A stretch of 64,000 nucleotides of DNA, taken from positions 62,001 through 126,000 of the forward strand of contig JAUCBJ010007728.1 in NCBI GenBank assembly GCA_032718475.1, given 5' to 3'. This stretch comes from Nemertoderma westbladi (Eukaryota > Animalia > Xenacoelomorpha). The notes beneath the pieces are model-generated. The model was not told where the DNA came from, did no database searches, and was given only the letters and a program-made list of their open reading frames with translations. Of this stretch, positions 24,339 to 36,950 are shown in pieces (the stretch's first letter is position 1; each line of letters begins with the position of its first letter). The position numbers and the translations under genes were made by a program.

Positions 24339-27300
24339 AATGTCCAGTCGGTAGCAGACGTATGGTGTCTTCCATCATCTCCAACGACCGTTTCTCATCA
24401 GTAGACATGGCTAGGTCATATCCACCGGGTTCCATTGCGTCCCTATCCAGCCATTCGACGGTTCTGGCTCCTGTCTCGAGGTCCTGGCGTATCAATTCCT
24501 TCTGTAATTCCTCCTCACTGTATTGGAAAATGTCTAGGTCTCGATATTTAGCCACCTGACCCTCCACTATGTCTGTATAAGTCAAAACGTTAGTCAGATA
24601 AGTAGCGTGGGCCGCTGAACCAGACCCACGGGTCTGATAACAGTAGTCCTCGGGTTCACTATCTGTCCGGTCGTTATGAAGTGGTTCCGACAACCTAACA
24701 TTATCGGGAATCAACTCCTCGTCCGACTCACTAAAGTCACTATAGTGGTCAATACAGGTTCTCCTAAACTCGTCTATGTCTGGTGGTTCTACTGGTTCAG
24801 TTATAGGCTGTAATTCATCGTATCTGTTCGTTGGCTTGTCGCCACCTGTAAACTCATAAGACATGGGTACTCTTGTATACCAACCTAGTATGGTCCTATG
24901 GGCATGTGGTCCATTGACATGCGGTTCAGCTGGTCTCGTTTCCCATATCTGGTGTGCGATCAGCTGTTCTGCACCAATCAACATAGAAACATTCCTATAA
25001 CCTACCTGGTGTCTGGGTATCCTGAGCTTGTCAAAATACTCCTGTGCTATGGGACTCATCGGCGGCACCTTACCTAACTGCCTGCCGAATCCCTTCATAG
25101 CTAGACACTTAAATCCGTCCAATGGCAAAGCTTTCCGTTCTTGTCGAGTATGCTGGTCTCTCGGAAGTAGGGAGTCTAGTTCTACCGAAATTCTGTGTCC
25201 CTTGAGGTCTCCTACCCCGTGCATAGACTTCAACTCTATTTGGATCTCCTCGGCGTCCTGGAAGCTAGAAACGGCTCTCGCCACTTCCTCGTCGATATAC
25301 GATAATGTGGACGCAGTGTCCAACATCACATATATTCGCTTAGATCCCTTATCTCCGGTGAGTTTCACCGGAATCACGCTAAATATTTCCGACGTGGCCG
25401 ATGATAAATACGTCCGCGCGCTGGTCGATGAACTATCCGCAGTAAAACCTTGGCAGGTCACTTCTCTCGCGCTCGACTCGCCATCCTCGTCCGACGAACC
25501 TGGTTGATAACCATCGTCCTGGATGCCAGTGTACGTATTCCTCCTTATCGATACGGGTTCTTTGCTCCCCTTCCTGTGAGGATTTCGCTGTAAGTAACGG
25601 TCCGTTGGGGTGTGGAAATCCGCATGTAGCAACTTGTGATGTAGTCTGCCGCATTCCATGCATCCGTCCTTGCTGTTCGGGCACTGCCGCCGTACATGAC
25701 CTGGCGCAAGACAAGCCCAACAGGTGTCCAACGTCCGCACTTGAACTCTTCTCTGTTCCGAATTTAATTCTTTGAACCGTCTGCAACTGTCCAACTTATG
25801 GTCGTCAGATCTTACCTCCTTTAGTAAGCAGTATTGGCAACCTGCAAATCCATCCGGCAACTCCTGTTGCTTTAACCTAGGTCTATCTAACCGCTCACCT
25901 GACCATACTCGCGAGTCTGATCTAAAGGCTGGGGTACTCGAATTATATCTGTCTACTGAGTTATAAGTCACAGTGGTCCTGTCATCGTCAAAACTTACCA
26001 TAGACTTACCGGTAACAGGTTTAGACTCCCTCATATTCTCTTCTGAGAAGTTTGATTTCATCTCTGCTACTGCGTCTGTGGCTATCATGTCATGAATATG
26101 CTGAAGTGTCAATACTTTACCTTGGCCCTCCAACTTATTCTCTAATTTGCGCCATTTCTGTCGATAACGCATGTTTAGACGTCTTATTACGCTTTTCAAA
26201 ACTTCGGCGTGATCACCATGATGAGGTAGATTCACCGTCCTCAAGATGTCCAATGCGTTCGAAATAGCGTTCGCTAAGTTCAACAGCTCTAACGGAGTTG
26301 TAATCCTTCCGCCCTTACCCAAGTCTTCTACTATCGACTGCGCCATCTTGGTTTTATTCCCGTAGATGTCACTAAGTGTCTTCATCGCTAACTCAAATGC
26401 TCTCTCGTTGCCGACGAAGTTATCAGCAATGGCTCTAGGTTCTCGATGGAGCATCTGAAGCAAATAGTTGAACTTCTCGTTGGGAGTAAAGGTGCTGTTG
26501 GTTAGCTGCTCGTCGACATAGGTTTTAAAGGTCCTCCAGTGCTTGTGGTTGCCCATAAACTTCTGGGGTTGTTGCGTCGGCAGTCCTTGCCTAGCAGCAA
26601 ACTTACCTATGTCCCTAAGGGTTGCGTCGTTCCGGGTTAACAAATGGTTTAGTTCCGCAGGGTTATTAAGTCTGGTCCTTTCCCGGTGGTTCCAACTTGC
26701 CTGCTCCGCGTCCGTCCTTCTTTCCTTATAGTTTCGGGACTTCTGACGTCTCATTTCTTCCTCTTCATCGCTTGACTCGGTGTCAGTCCTTAGCGCTCGC
26801 GATGGTTTGCGCGCCGAGGCCCTGACCCAAGCTTCCTCAATAAATCTTTCCGCCGAATTTTCGAAATTGGGATTATGAATATTCGGGACAGGCGTCCTTA
26901 CCTGAGGTCTATGTGGTATAGTTTCCTCCGATATACGTACTCGTTGACTAGGCTGGACTTTATCTAACTCAGGCCTGCTGGGATTAGAATTACTTCTTAC
27001 CTGGGCTGCTTCCTTTAACCGTAGGTTGCTAAGCATGTCCGTTATAGGTTGGATGTGCGGCGATATAGCTTGCGCTAAACTAGCACTTAACTCATCCCTC
27101 GTAATAAATTCCTGGCTAGGGTTCTGTTGTATAGTCGGCTCTATCTGAGTAATCCGCTGTCTCTCATATGATCCCTCTTCCGGTTTAACCCGGAAGTTCT
27201 CCGTCGAACTGGGTCGGCGCTCCGTCCGCGTATTCCAAACCCTCGGGTTCGGTTCGCCAAATACTCGGCCCGTCGGAGTTTCTTCTCTAAATTCTCCGTT

Positions 27301-29106
27301 GTCACGTTCGGTATACAGTGGTGCGGCGTTCCGATGACGTAGATCCTGGGCGATAGGTGAAGCACTAATACCAACTGGCGTGCGATATGTAGAGAACGGT
27401 TTAACGATCCGTGTACTCGTAATAGCTGGACCGGGTATAGGAATTCTGGTCGTCGTCGACTCGCGTATAGCCGGAGTTCTCGCTTGCTGTTCGGCCTTCT
27501 GCAGTGCGAACAGTTCTCGCAACTCTGTCCCTACACTCGCCCCACATTCTTCGAGCATTCGCATCCCCTTCTCGGCGATTTCATTCGCCTTCCTAGTCCG
27601 TTCTTCGCTCTCTAAACTTAATCTCGCACTTTCCAACTGCGCCAGTTTACGTTCTTCTTCTTCCCTCGCTCGTCTCGCTACGCTCTCTTCTTCCAGTCGC
27701 GCCTTTTCTTCATACAACATCTGTCGCTCCTTCTCAATCTCGAGTTCGCGTTCCTTGCGTTCGCGTTCAAGTTCGAGTTCGCGTTCTTTCTGTTCGCGTT
27801 CGAGTTGGAGTTCGCGTTTCTTCGCTTCCTGATCGCGTTCGAGTTGGAGTTCGCGTTTCTTCGCTTCCCGTTCGCGTTCAAGTTGGAGTTCGCGTTCTTT
27901 CTGTTCGCGTTTCAGTTGGAGTTCGCGTTCTTTTCGTTCGCGTTCCGCTTGCTCACGCTTACCTTTGTCTTCCAACTCCCGCAACTTTGCGTCTAACTTA
28001 CGTGCGCGCTCCCGTTCCCGCTCAGCTTCCTTCCGTGCTTCCGATGCACGCAAAACTTCCGCCTGCTGTTCGTCTAGTCGGCGTCTTCTCTCCTCCGCCG
28101 AGTTGTGAGAAACAAGGGATCTAGCACATATAACTTTCCCTCGTGCGTGACTAACCTGGGAATCACCGCTGTCTCTGGATGCATCGTCGGGTGGAGTTAA
28201 CGTCCTCTGTTGAATGTTATCCGTCGTCGGTAGCACCTGGCCTGGTACCACCACTCCATTCTGCATCAGCCAGCTAGTAACTTCCCTCTGATAACGGCGC
28301 TCTTCCTTATCTTGGATCTCTTCCCGCTCCACTAAGTCTCTTAAATCTGCGTCACTCACCTGAGTCGCCTGCGTTTGTGATGCCCATAGCAGCCAGTTCT
28401 CCGTCCTAACTCGTCGGAATCGCTCCGATAACTCGCGGTGCTCCAACAAGGCTGCTAAAACCCTGTCGTAAATCCTCGTCGCCACGTCGCTCGACTGAGA
28501 CTCTACTGCCTTCTTCGCTAGGACTGCAAGCTCCTCCGTCTGCTTGAATAACGCTGAGTTATATCCTCTTCTAATCTCTGCTAACTCTACCCTCCCGATG
28601 TTGGCTGAGTCGGCCAACATTTTTCTTACCTTGTCCGCCGTCCGAGTTATATGTCCGGCATGCGCGCGAAGTTTCTTCTTTATCGCGATATCAAGTTCTC
28701 TATCACTTACCTGACTTACACTCGGTGGACTTGAAGGATTATTTCGGGAACTACGGGTACTCCTTACAGCCGTTGGGACCACGGCACTTACCATACCCAC
28801 AGGTCTGGAAACCGGGCTCCGGGCTCTCGCTTCTGCTACACTACTCTCCCTATCACTCACCTCTGTCCGGGCTGCCGTACAGTCCTTCCTTACAGTAGCG
28901 GTAGGGGATCCTAATACTATTACTTGAGGTTGTTGTTCTTCCTCACTAGTCACTGTCTCGTCCTCCTGTTCACTTACGTCAGCGTCACTCGCTGCGTCGT
29001 CATAGTCGGCGTTGTCATCAACAGTAATATTTACGCTATCGTCAGTCGGCGGTCCAGCCGCCGTCTCGTAGCTGTCCTCTAGTGCCTCCTTGTCTGAGAC
29101 ACTCAT
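24313..29106 (-). CDS. gag: BEL-1 Gag-protease (1597 aa) with long charged/coiled-coil N-terminal half
   Basis: Three BEL knuckles (CQYC..H..C, CWACLAPGHVRRQC, CMECGRLHHKLLH), aspartic protease VMLDTASTLSYI, capsid-like FMGNHKHWRTF..EKFNYL. Confidence 0.93.
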   Translation of the reverse strand: MSVSDKEALEDSYETAAGPPTDDSVNITVDDNADYDDAASDADVSEQEDETVTSEEEQQPQVIVLGSPTATVRKDCTAARTEVSDRESSVAEARARSPVSRPVGMVSAVVPTAVRSTRSSRNNPSSPPSVSQVSDRELDIAIKKKLRAHAGHITRTADKVRKMLADSANIGRVELAEIRRGYNSALFKQTEELAVLAKKAVESQSSDVATRIYDRVLAALLEHRELSERFRRVRTENWLLWASQTQATQVSDADLRDLVEREEIQDKEERRYQREVTSWLMQNGVVVPGQVLPTTDNIQQRTLTPPDDASRDSGDSQVSHARGKVICARSLVSHNSAEERRRRLDEQQAEVLRASEARKEAERERERARKLDAKLRELEDKGKREQAERERKERELQLKREQKERELQLEREREAKKRELQLERDQEAKKRELQLEREQKERELELERERKERELEIEKERQMLYEEKARLEEESVARRAREEEERKLAQLESARLSLESEERTRKANEIAEKGMRMLEECGASVGTELRELFALQKAEQQARTPAIRESTTTRIPIPGPAITSTRIVKPFSTYRTPVGISASPIAQDLRHRNAAPLYTERDNGEFREETPTGRVFGEPNPRVWNTRTERRPSSTENFRVKPEEGSYERQRITQIEPTIQQNPSQEFITRDELSASLAQAISPHIQPITDMLSNLRLKEAAQVRSNSNPSRPELDKVQPSQRVRISEETIPHRPQVRTPVPNIHNPNFENSAERFIEEAWVRASARKPSRALRTDTESSDEEEEMRRQKSRNYKERRTDAEQASWNHRERTRLNNPAELNHLLTRNDATLRDIGKFAARQGLPTQQPQKFMGNHKHWRTFKTYVDEQLTNSTFTPNEKFNYLLQMLHREPRAIADNFVGNERAFELAMKTLSDIYGNKTKMAQSIVEDLGKGGRITTPLELLNLANAISNALDILRTVNLPHHGDHAEVLKSVIRRLNMRYRQKWRKLENKLEGQGKVLTLQHIHDMIATDAVAEMKSNFSEENMRESKPVTGKSMVSFDDDRTTVTYNSVDRYNSSTPAFRSDSRVWSGERLDRPRLKQQELPDGFAGCQYCLLKEVRSDDHKLDSCRRFKELNSEQRRVQVRTLDTCWACLAPGHVRRQCPNSKDGCMECGRLHHKLLHADFHTPTDRYLQRNPHRKGSKEPVSIRRNTYTGIQDDGYQPGSSDEDGESSAREVTCQGFTADSSSTSARTYLSSATSEIFSVIPVKLTGDKGSKRIYVMLDTASTLSYIDEEVARAVSSFQDAEEIQIELKSMHGVGDLKGHRISVELDSLLPRDQHTRQERKALPLDGFKCLAMKGFGRQLGKVPPMSPIAQEYFDKLRIPRHQVGYRNVSMLIGAEQLIAHQIWETRPAEPHVNGPHAHRTILGWYTRVPMSYEFTGGDKPTNRYDELQPITEPVEPPDIDEFRRTCIDHYSDFSESDEELIPDNVRLSEPLHNDRTDSEPEDYCYQTRGSGSAAHATYLTNVLTYTDIVEGQVAKYRDLDIFQYSEEELQKELIRQDLETGARTVEWLDRDAMEPGGYDLAMSTDEKRSLEMMEDTIRLLPTGHFEVGMLST
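27735..27945 (-). repeat. Coding minisatellite in gag encoding (K)ERELQLERE repeats
   Basis: Recurrent GAGTTCGCGTT units at ~33-39 bp spacing, frame preserved. Confidence 0.85.
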
Positions 29107-32100
29107 AGTCTAAACAATGTTTTGCCTTCCGGCAAAAATATCTCGCAAAGTTCGAGATATAATTATAATTTAACCGAAAATACGGTCGAATTATTTGTCA
29201 AATAATCAGTTGGTCCAAAATGTCAAAATAAATTCGCAATGCAATATTGTGAATTTAATGGGGTATATAGTTATAGCAAATACTAGCACAATATTTAAAC
29301 AAAAATATTATTATATAGCTACTATATAGTATTAAATACCGGTATAGCACAAAATAACTTTGAATCTAATACAAAATATTCAAAATATACTTGCCGCCCG
29401 AATATTTCTAATTTTATATATATAGCTCTAATCAATGTAATTTTAATTTCAAATATTATATGTATCCACTAGCGCATGGCTACATCTTCGGGTTGCGACT
29501 CTCTCTAACTCTACCTCTAACTTGAGCGATTCAAAACCATGGCCGGCTAAACCTAAATATCCTAACTAATAAATTGAGTTCAGCTTCGCAGTTAAACAAC
29601 CGATAATTTTTTACTGCTTCCACAAACACACTGGTGCCAACAGAACAACTAACCTTGTTTGCTGTGAGATTCCACGTCCGCGTCCAAAGATTCAGGCCCT
29701 TCGCTGATTGCAAACCGAACCCGCAGACCCACACGAACCCCAAACTCAGAAGTTCCGTCTTGCCATGTATCTCCAGATGGTATAAAATAACTAAGCGGTT
29801 ACCTAACATACCGGTACAAAACTCTAGAATTTTACAAAATAATTTTGACCGAAACTGAATTCTCGCAAACCTAGCTAATAATTTTCAAAAAACTTACTAA
29901 TTACAGTTTGCCCTAAGGCCTAAGGAACTGCTGTATTCGCAATTAGCAAAAACGCACTACCGTACATTCACTGTATGCAGTACAGTAAGTAAAACAGTAC
30001 ACCAACCTAACAGCCTAATGATACTGTGTGTGGTACGGCAAAACAAATGTCCCTTCTACCGTACGCAGTAACAGCAATCAGCCTAATGTACTACTGTACT
30101 ATCGTACGCAGCCAGTGAATACAGTAATCTAAACTAACAGCCTAAAGGAATATACTCAATGTCTTACTGTACGCTAGCCTATATCCTACAGCAGACGATC
30201 ACGTGCTCTAACTTATTACTTAATACTGTGATACTACTAATCAGCCTAAGAATACTCTATTGACTGTACGCTACAGCCTACAGCCAATAAAGCGCGTATT
30301 ACTGATACGAAGTATCAGTAATCTAAACTAACAGCCTAATAATACTCTATTTACTGTACGCTACAGCCTACAGCAAACAAAACGCGTATTACTGATAAAC
30401 AACCGCGACCTCTATACTAACAGCAGAACTGTTGAACAGACCAATACCCGTTAATATCCTTCTGCCAACCTAATAAGTTCTCGTCTAACCAATAAGACAC
30501 GAAGACTGCTCTACTGTTAAGTAAAGGGGCTCAGGAGCGTGATATTACTAAATTGTAAGGGTTGCTAAATACAAACCGCTACTTACCGTTAGATGGCGCT
30601 AATCTGCCGTCCGCTAATATATTTTACTAAATTTACACAACTCCTGCAAAATCGCTTGTTCCTTTCTCTACCGATTGCTCGATAGAGAGCTAACTGTTCG
30701 AATCTATGAGCCACGCAGGAATAACCAAAACAATAAACCCGAGTCGGCTCCCTAAGCTTACTTAAGACGAGTGCGAGAGGCCTTGCACTCAGAGTATTCT
30801 TACGCCTAATTCTATCACTATTAAAGCACGCTATTACATACGTCTTTCTAATCGCGAATACTGGAGGTTCCCTAACGTAATGTGTGAATGCGAGAATATT
30901 TAAAATTATCAAAATGGTACAGTATCTGTTTCTACGTGGATAATACCACTCCGAGTCTAAAACTGCCCGCGACTGGCTTTAGGCCAGCAAAATTACTAGC
31001 GTATCGTGCGTACCGAATAGTGCGTTCTAGCTGATTGCCCGCTAATGCAAATAACCGCTCAGCGTGAATAGTTTACAGTACACTAATTATTACCTTAGCT
31101 ACTCTCCGCTATGCTGCGTACTAATTCTTAATTTTTTACTAATTAATTACAGTCACAAATATTTAACAGCGTACTAATTACTAAGAGTTCCAGAATACGT
31201 AATTCTAATTTATCACGCAACAGGTTTCGCTAGTAATAGCCTAAATTGCCGTATTACTTTGACCTAATCAATAACTAATTATTGTAACTAAGAAATAGAA
31301 ATCAATCAAAGGAAAAGGAGCGCCTATCTAAGCATTCGTAATCTTAGGCACACTTCAATAACACACCAATCAGCGTTAGAAATCACAGTTTACAATTGTG
31401 TAATTCACTACTCGTACTCCACACTCAACGTTGTAATACGCGCAGGCCTCTCCCGGGTACATCTAGGATTCCTAACTAACCCAATTCCTGCCCCCCTAAT
31501 ACTAAATAGAGACAAAACCTGGATCATCAGCCCCCTAGATACTGTACCGGCGATCGGTCTGCGTGCCGCAGTGCAAGATACCCGCCCGCAACGGTGACCC
31601 TGGCCAGCGTTGCCCGCTTTGAATCCTCCGCTCTCTCCTAGTCGCTCAACCCCCCGATGCGCCCACCGCCCACTGGCACCTTAGCCCTCCATGATGCTAA
31701 TAGCTACCGTAGCGGCGCATGCAAATCACAAAGTCTGACAGTCTCAGGAATCCCTTGGGATTATTGCGCAGAAAAGAATCACATAGAACCATCAATCAAA
31801 GGTAGAAATCATAGTTCGATTGTAATTTGCAGTAATCAAAGGAATTATTGAGAAACACAAGCAAAGTAATCGCACTAGCAAATCATTCCAAGAAATTAAT
31901 CAAAATTAGCAAATTGCAGAAAATACGATATCCTAATACAAAATTAGAGACAGCTCAGCAAGTAAATTGTAACAGGGGTGTGTCATGTGATAAAGCATGA
32001 ACATATGAACAACAAAAGGCCCTACCGGCACACCGCCAATTTATAGGTGATCCCGATGGGGTGATGCAATAAGGTGACTCAATCGCTCTCCCATTGGCTC

Positions 32101-32262
32101 TCCAGTCCATGCTAGCATTAAACCAACCTGGAAGCAGTTAATCCAATAAGGAGACCGGATTGTAGCCCTATGCCCTCAAATTATTACCATATATGGTAAT
32201 GGATCACGTCTCTGGCTGCTGAATGGCCAGGACAGCGTCCCTATATGCTAGCCCTATCAAAC

Positions 32263-32565
32263 TAATATCAGCAAGCACAAAATCCAGGGTAAACTCGCTA
32301 CCCTGGAACTATCTACATATATCCTAATACAAAATTACGTAGGTAGGGCTACATACTATACAAAATGAATGGATGCAAAATATATGGGCGTTTTAACTTC
32401 CTTACCTAAATGTCACCACACTGCGCCTTATCTAAATAATTATACTGCACAACGGACTAATATTACGTACAGTATAACGGACTAATACTGCATACTGCAT
32501 AATGGACTAATACTGCATACTGCATAATGACTAATAATGTGGATACAGCGCCATATACCGTAACA
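32263..32565 (-). repeat. BEL-1 5' LTR (303 bp of shared repeat; inner boundary uncertain)
   Basis: Direct repeat of 17716-18024; outer end ...CCGTAACA abuts satellite AATATTGTTG. Confidence 0.88.
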
Positions 32566-35042
32566 AATATTGTTGTGTTCTAGAATATTTATTATTGTTT
32601 CATCGTATTGCCAAAGTAATTGGAGTTGAAGTTAATAATACAAGTAATCACCTGTTATTTGCTACGTCTTTCCGCTGAAGATGAATGAATTTTGATTGTG
32701 TCAAAAACACCCCCTATCTGTGGTTGTATGAGTGGAGAGATAAGTAGCCTATCTCCCTATTAATATTGTTGTGTTCTAGAATATTTTTTATAGTTTCATC
32801 GTATTGCCAAAGTGACTGGAGCTAAAGTTATTATGTAATGCAATAATTCACCTCAAATATCTCAGCTATTTCATGAACATAATGAAGTATTAAAGCCATG
32901 TCAAAATCCTTGGTGTTTTTCTGCAATAATTTATCAAAATATCCTCTGATTTTTTACAAAAACTATATCGATTTTCATATTTATAACTTCTATCCCACTC
33001 CACGAGATAGAGAATCTTAAATGAAAGTCACAAGAACAGGTAACACTTACATTTATAGAAGTAATCAGCTGTTATTTGCTACGTCTTTCCACTGAGGATG
33101 AATGAATTTTGATTGTGTCAGAACACCCCCTATCTGTGGTTGTATGAGTGGAGAGATAAGTAGCCTAACTCCCTATTAATATTGTTGTGTTCTAGAATAT
33201 TTATTATTGTTTCATCGTATTGCTAAAGTGGCTGGAGCTAAAGTTATTATGTAATGCAATAAATCACCTCAAATATCTCAGCTATTTCATGAACATAATG
33301 AAGTATTAAAGCCATGTCGAAATCCTTGGTGTTTTTCTGCAATAATTTATCAAAATATCCTCTGTTTTTTTACAAAAAGCATATCGATTTTCATATTTAT
33401 AACTTCTATCCCACTCCACGAGATAGAGAATCTTAAATTAATGTCAAAAGAACAGGTAACACTTACATTTATAGCAGTAATCAGCTGTTATATGCTACGT
33501 ATTTCCGCTGGAGATGAATGAATTTTGATTGCGTTGGAACAACCCCTATCTGTGGCTGTCTGAGTGGAGCGATAAGTAGCCTAGCCTATCTCCTTGTTAA
33601 TATTGTTGTGTTCTAGAATATTTATTATAGTTTCATCGTATTGCCAAAGTGACTAGAGCTGAAGTTGACTCATAATACAATAATTCACCTCAAATATCTC
33701 AGCTATTTCATGAACATAATGAAGTATTAAAGCCATCTCGAAATCCTTGGTGTTTTTCTGCAATAATTTATCAGAATATCCTCTGTTTTTTTACAAAAAC
33801 CATATCGATTTTCATATTTATAACTTCTAACCCACTCCAAGAGATAGAGAATCTTAAATGAAAGTCACAAGAACAGGTAACACTTACATTTATAGAAGTA
33901 ATCAGCTGTTATTTGCTACGTCTTTCCGCTGAGGATGAATGAATTTTGATTGTGTCAGAACACCCCCTATCCGTGGTTGTATGAGTGGAGAGATAAGTAG
34001 CCTAACTCCCTATTAATATTGTTGTGTTCTAGAATATTTATTATTGTTTCATCGTATTGCTAAAGTGGCTGGAGCTAAAGTTATTATGTAATGCAATAAA
34101 TCACCTCAAATATCTCAGCTATTTCATGAACATAATGAAGTATTAAAGCCATGTCAAAATCATTGGTGGTGTTTTTCTGCAATAATATATCAAAATATCC
34201 TCTGATTTTTTACAAAAACCATATCGATTTTCTTATTTATATCTTCTAACCCACCCCTCCACGAGATAGAGAATCTTAAATGAAAGTCAAAAGAACAGGT
34301 AACACTTACATTTATAGAAGTAATCACCTGTTATTTGCTACGTCTTTCCGCTGAAGATGAATGAATTTTGATTGTGTCAAAAACACCCCCTATCTGTGGT
34401 TGTATGAGTGGAGAGATAAGTAGCCTATCTCCCTATTAATATTGTTGTGTTCTAGAATATTTTTTATAGTTTCATCGTATTGCCAAAGTGACTGGAGCTA
34501 AAGTTATTATGTAATGCAATAATTCACCTCAAATATCTCAGCTATTTCATGAACATAATGAAGTATTAAAGCCATGTCAAAATCCTTGGTGTTTTTCTGC
34601 AATAATTTATCAAAATATCCTCTGATTTTTTACAAAAACTATATCGATTTTCATATTTATAACTTATATCCCACTCCACGAGATAGAGAATCTTAAATGA
34701 AAGTCACAAGAACAGGTAACACTTACATTTATAGAAGTAATCAGCTGTTATTTGCTACGTCTTTCCGCTGAGGATGAATGAATTTTGATTGTGTCAGAAC
34801 ACCCCCTATCTTTGGTTGTATGAGTGGAGAGATAAGTAGCCTAACTCCCTATTAATATTGTTGTATTCTAGAATATTAATTATTGTTTCATCGTATTGCT
34901 AAAGTGGCTGGAGCTAAAGTTATTATGTAATGCAATAAATCACCTCAAATATCTCAGCTATTTCATGAACATAATGAAGTATTAAAGCCATATCAAAATC
35001 ATTGGTGTTTTTCTGCAATAATTTATCAAAATATCCTCTGAT
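32566..35042 (+). repeat. Satellite block 2 (~6 monomers, first one internally deleted)
   Basis: Same 416-bp monomer; carries variants AAATTAATGTC and CTATCCGTGG seen in the 10-mer unit. Confidence 0.97.
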
Positions 35043-35588
35043 TGTGACGGGATCTACGGATCCCGGTTTATCCGTTGGGTTTTCTATCCACGCGTCCCCG
35101 CCGTGTGTGAAAGGTAAAAGAGTTCTGATGTTCGGTAATATGTATAAAGGTATAATAGTCTGATATAGCACAGTATAGTATGACACGGTTACCGGTAGAT
35201 AAGTATGATGGCGGTAGCGGACGGTGATAGAAGTCACCGTTCCACCCTACTGAACCGACTGAGTAAACTGAGTAACTGGTTGCATCGACCGGTAATATAT
35301 GTACTGCACAGTTTGCCATATTACTGTACCTAGTCGATGCTGTCCCCCCATTGGCTAATATCCCACTTCTCGCCCTTTCACCTTCCCTGGTGTGTTTCCC
35401 GTTGCCCCTGTTGTTCTCTCTCTGTTAGGGGTTTGGCCCCTGACCCCTATTGTGTGTGTCTCCTTTGGGGCCTATTGTCCCCGTTTACTGGGGAGACACG
35501 AGGTTGATTGGTAATCAACCTCGTGCTCCCAATATTGCTCAATGGCTCACTCTATGGGTTTGTGTTAGCGGAATTGGATAAGCTAACA
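35043..35588 (-). repeat. 3' LTR of pol-less element (546 bp)
   Basis: TGTGACGG..GCTAACA; adjacent to PPT; TATA-like ATATATTA followed by TCAGT initiator-like motifs on the minus strand. Confidence 0.93.
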
Positions 35589-36424
35589 CTCCCCCCATGC
35601 TATCTTCCCGGTGAGAAGATAGCATTCAACTCAAGTGCGCTACAATTCCGCTGGATCCCGATCTATTACCGGGTGTGGGGTGGGTCTATTTTTTCGGAGT
35701 CGGCTTTCCAGGCCGCTCCCTATGGGTATGATGTCACTACCCTCTGGCGTCTCGTGTCGGGCCGATCGTGCGCTTCTCTCACATAATTTTTGTTTCCCCA
35801 ACACTCTCACCACTCTACTCCAACTCTCGCATACTCCCGGACCTCCTCGTCCCACACTCTTCCTCTCACTTCTCCTCCCCCACACTTGAATTGCGCCCAC
35901 GCTCTCTTCGCACTCCGCACTATTACTCCGTCCCTCTTTGACTACCTTATCCCTTCTGACGAATCTCTCCCCCCCTCCGTGCCGTCGCACTCAGGAAATG
36001 TGAAATCGTCTGGCGTCTCATCCCTAGTGCCATAGTCAGTTAGCCCCCCAGTCCCAGTAGCTAATTGAGAAAGGTTGTATGACTTTAGTACTTACACCAC
36101 TCTCTCCGCACTCCACACTATCACCTCTCGCTATCTCTGTTGCCCTCCCTAAGGCCCTAATCTCTAATGCTACCCCTGTGCTATCATACTATCTACCTAC
36201 TGCTTACTAACTCTAACTATCTAACTAACTCTGCTAACTACTAACTCTTACTACTTCTAGCTCTAACTGAGAGCCTCTAACTTTCTACTGACTCTAACTC
36301 TCTACTAAGTCAACTAACTCCCACTAACTCTCTACTTCTACTAACTCTACTTGACTCCTCTGAGTCTACCAACTCTCTAGCCCTTTAACTAGAACTCCCT
36401 AACTCTACCCACTCTTCTAACTAC

Positions 36425-36950
36425 GTGGCGCTTGCGGTGCCCACAACCACTTTACTACTACTTCCTTCTACGTGGCGCTTGCGGTGCCCACAACCACTCT
36501 ACTATCTGGCACCCTATGTGCCCTCTCTGCTCTACTCTACTACCTGGCACCCTATGTGCCCTCTCTACTACTCTACTCTCTGGCACCCTATGTGCCCTCT
36601 CTACTACCTCTAACACTCTAGCTCTACTGCCTGGCACCCTATGTGCCCTCTCTACTACTCTACTCTCTGGCACCCTATGTGCCCTCTCTACTACCTCTAA
36701 CACTCTGACTCTACTACCTGGCACCCTATGTGCCCTCTCTACTACCTCTAACAATCCAACTCTACTACCTGGCACCCTATGTGCCCTCTCTGCTACTCTA
36801 CTCTCTGGCACCCTATGTGCCCTCTCTACTACCTCTAACACTCTAACTCTAGTACCTGGCACCCTATGTGCCCTCTCTACTACCTCTAACACTCTAACTC
36901 TACTACCTGGCACCCTATGTGCCCTACCTGCTACTCTACTCTATCTCTAA
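36425..36950. repeat. Internal minisatellite, core CTGGCACCCTATGTGCCCTCTCTACTAC (about 11 units)
   Basis: Visible tandem units of roughly 33-48 bp; explains the repetitive ORFs at 36432-36950. Confidence 0.9.

Larger units (their letters stand above)
17716..32565 (-). mobile_element. BEL/Pao LTR retrotransposon 'BEL-1' (14.85 kb) with gag-PR, RT-RH-IN and an additional ORF
   Basis: Terminal direct repeats 17716-18024 and 32263-32565; PR-RT-RH-IN order; triple Gag zinc knuckle; satellite resumes in register on both sides; no clean TSD. Confidence 0.95.

Noticed and set aside
24300-24345. Programmed gag/pol frameshift in BEL-1
   Set aside because: No slippery heptamer; the break is after the protease and removes the conserved Trp of the EVGML-W motif, so a small deletion or sequencing error in a single gag-pol ORF is more likely.
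20865-27996. Short plus-strand and alternative-frame ORFs over BEL-1 (similarly over BEL-2 and the pol-less element)
   Set aside because: Shadow ORFs of long coding or GC-rich repetitive sequence with no domain signal.
29531-31851. Small ORFs in the BEL-1 leader
   Set aside because: 64-107 aa, mostly non-ATG starts, no recognisable motifs.
36432-36950. Repetitive 172/151-aa proteins
   Set aside because: Translation of a stop-poor minisatellite.
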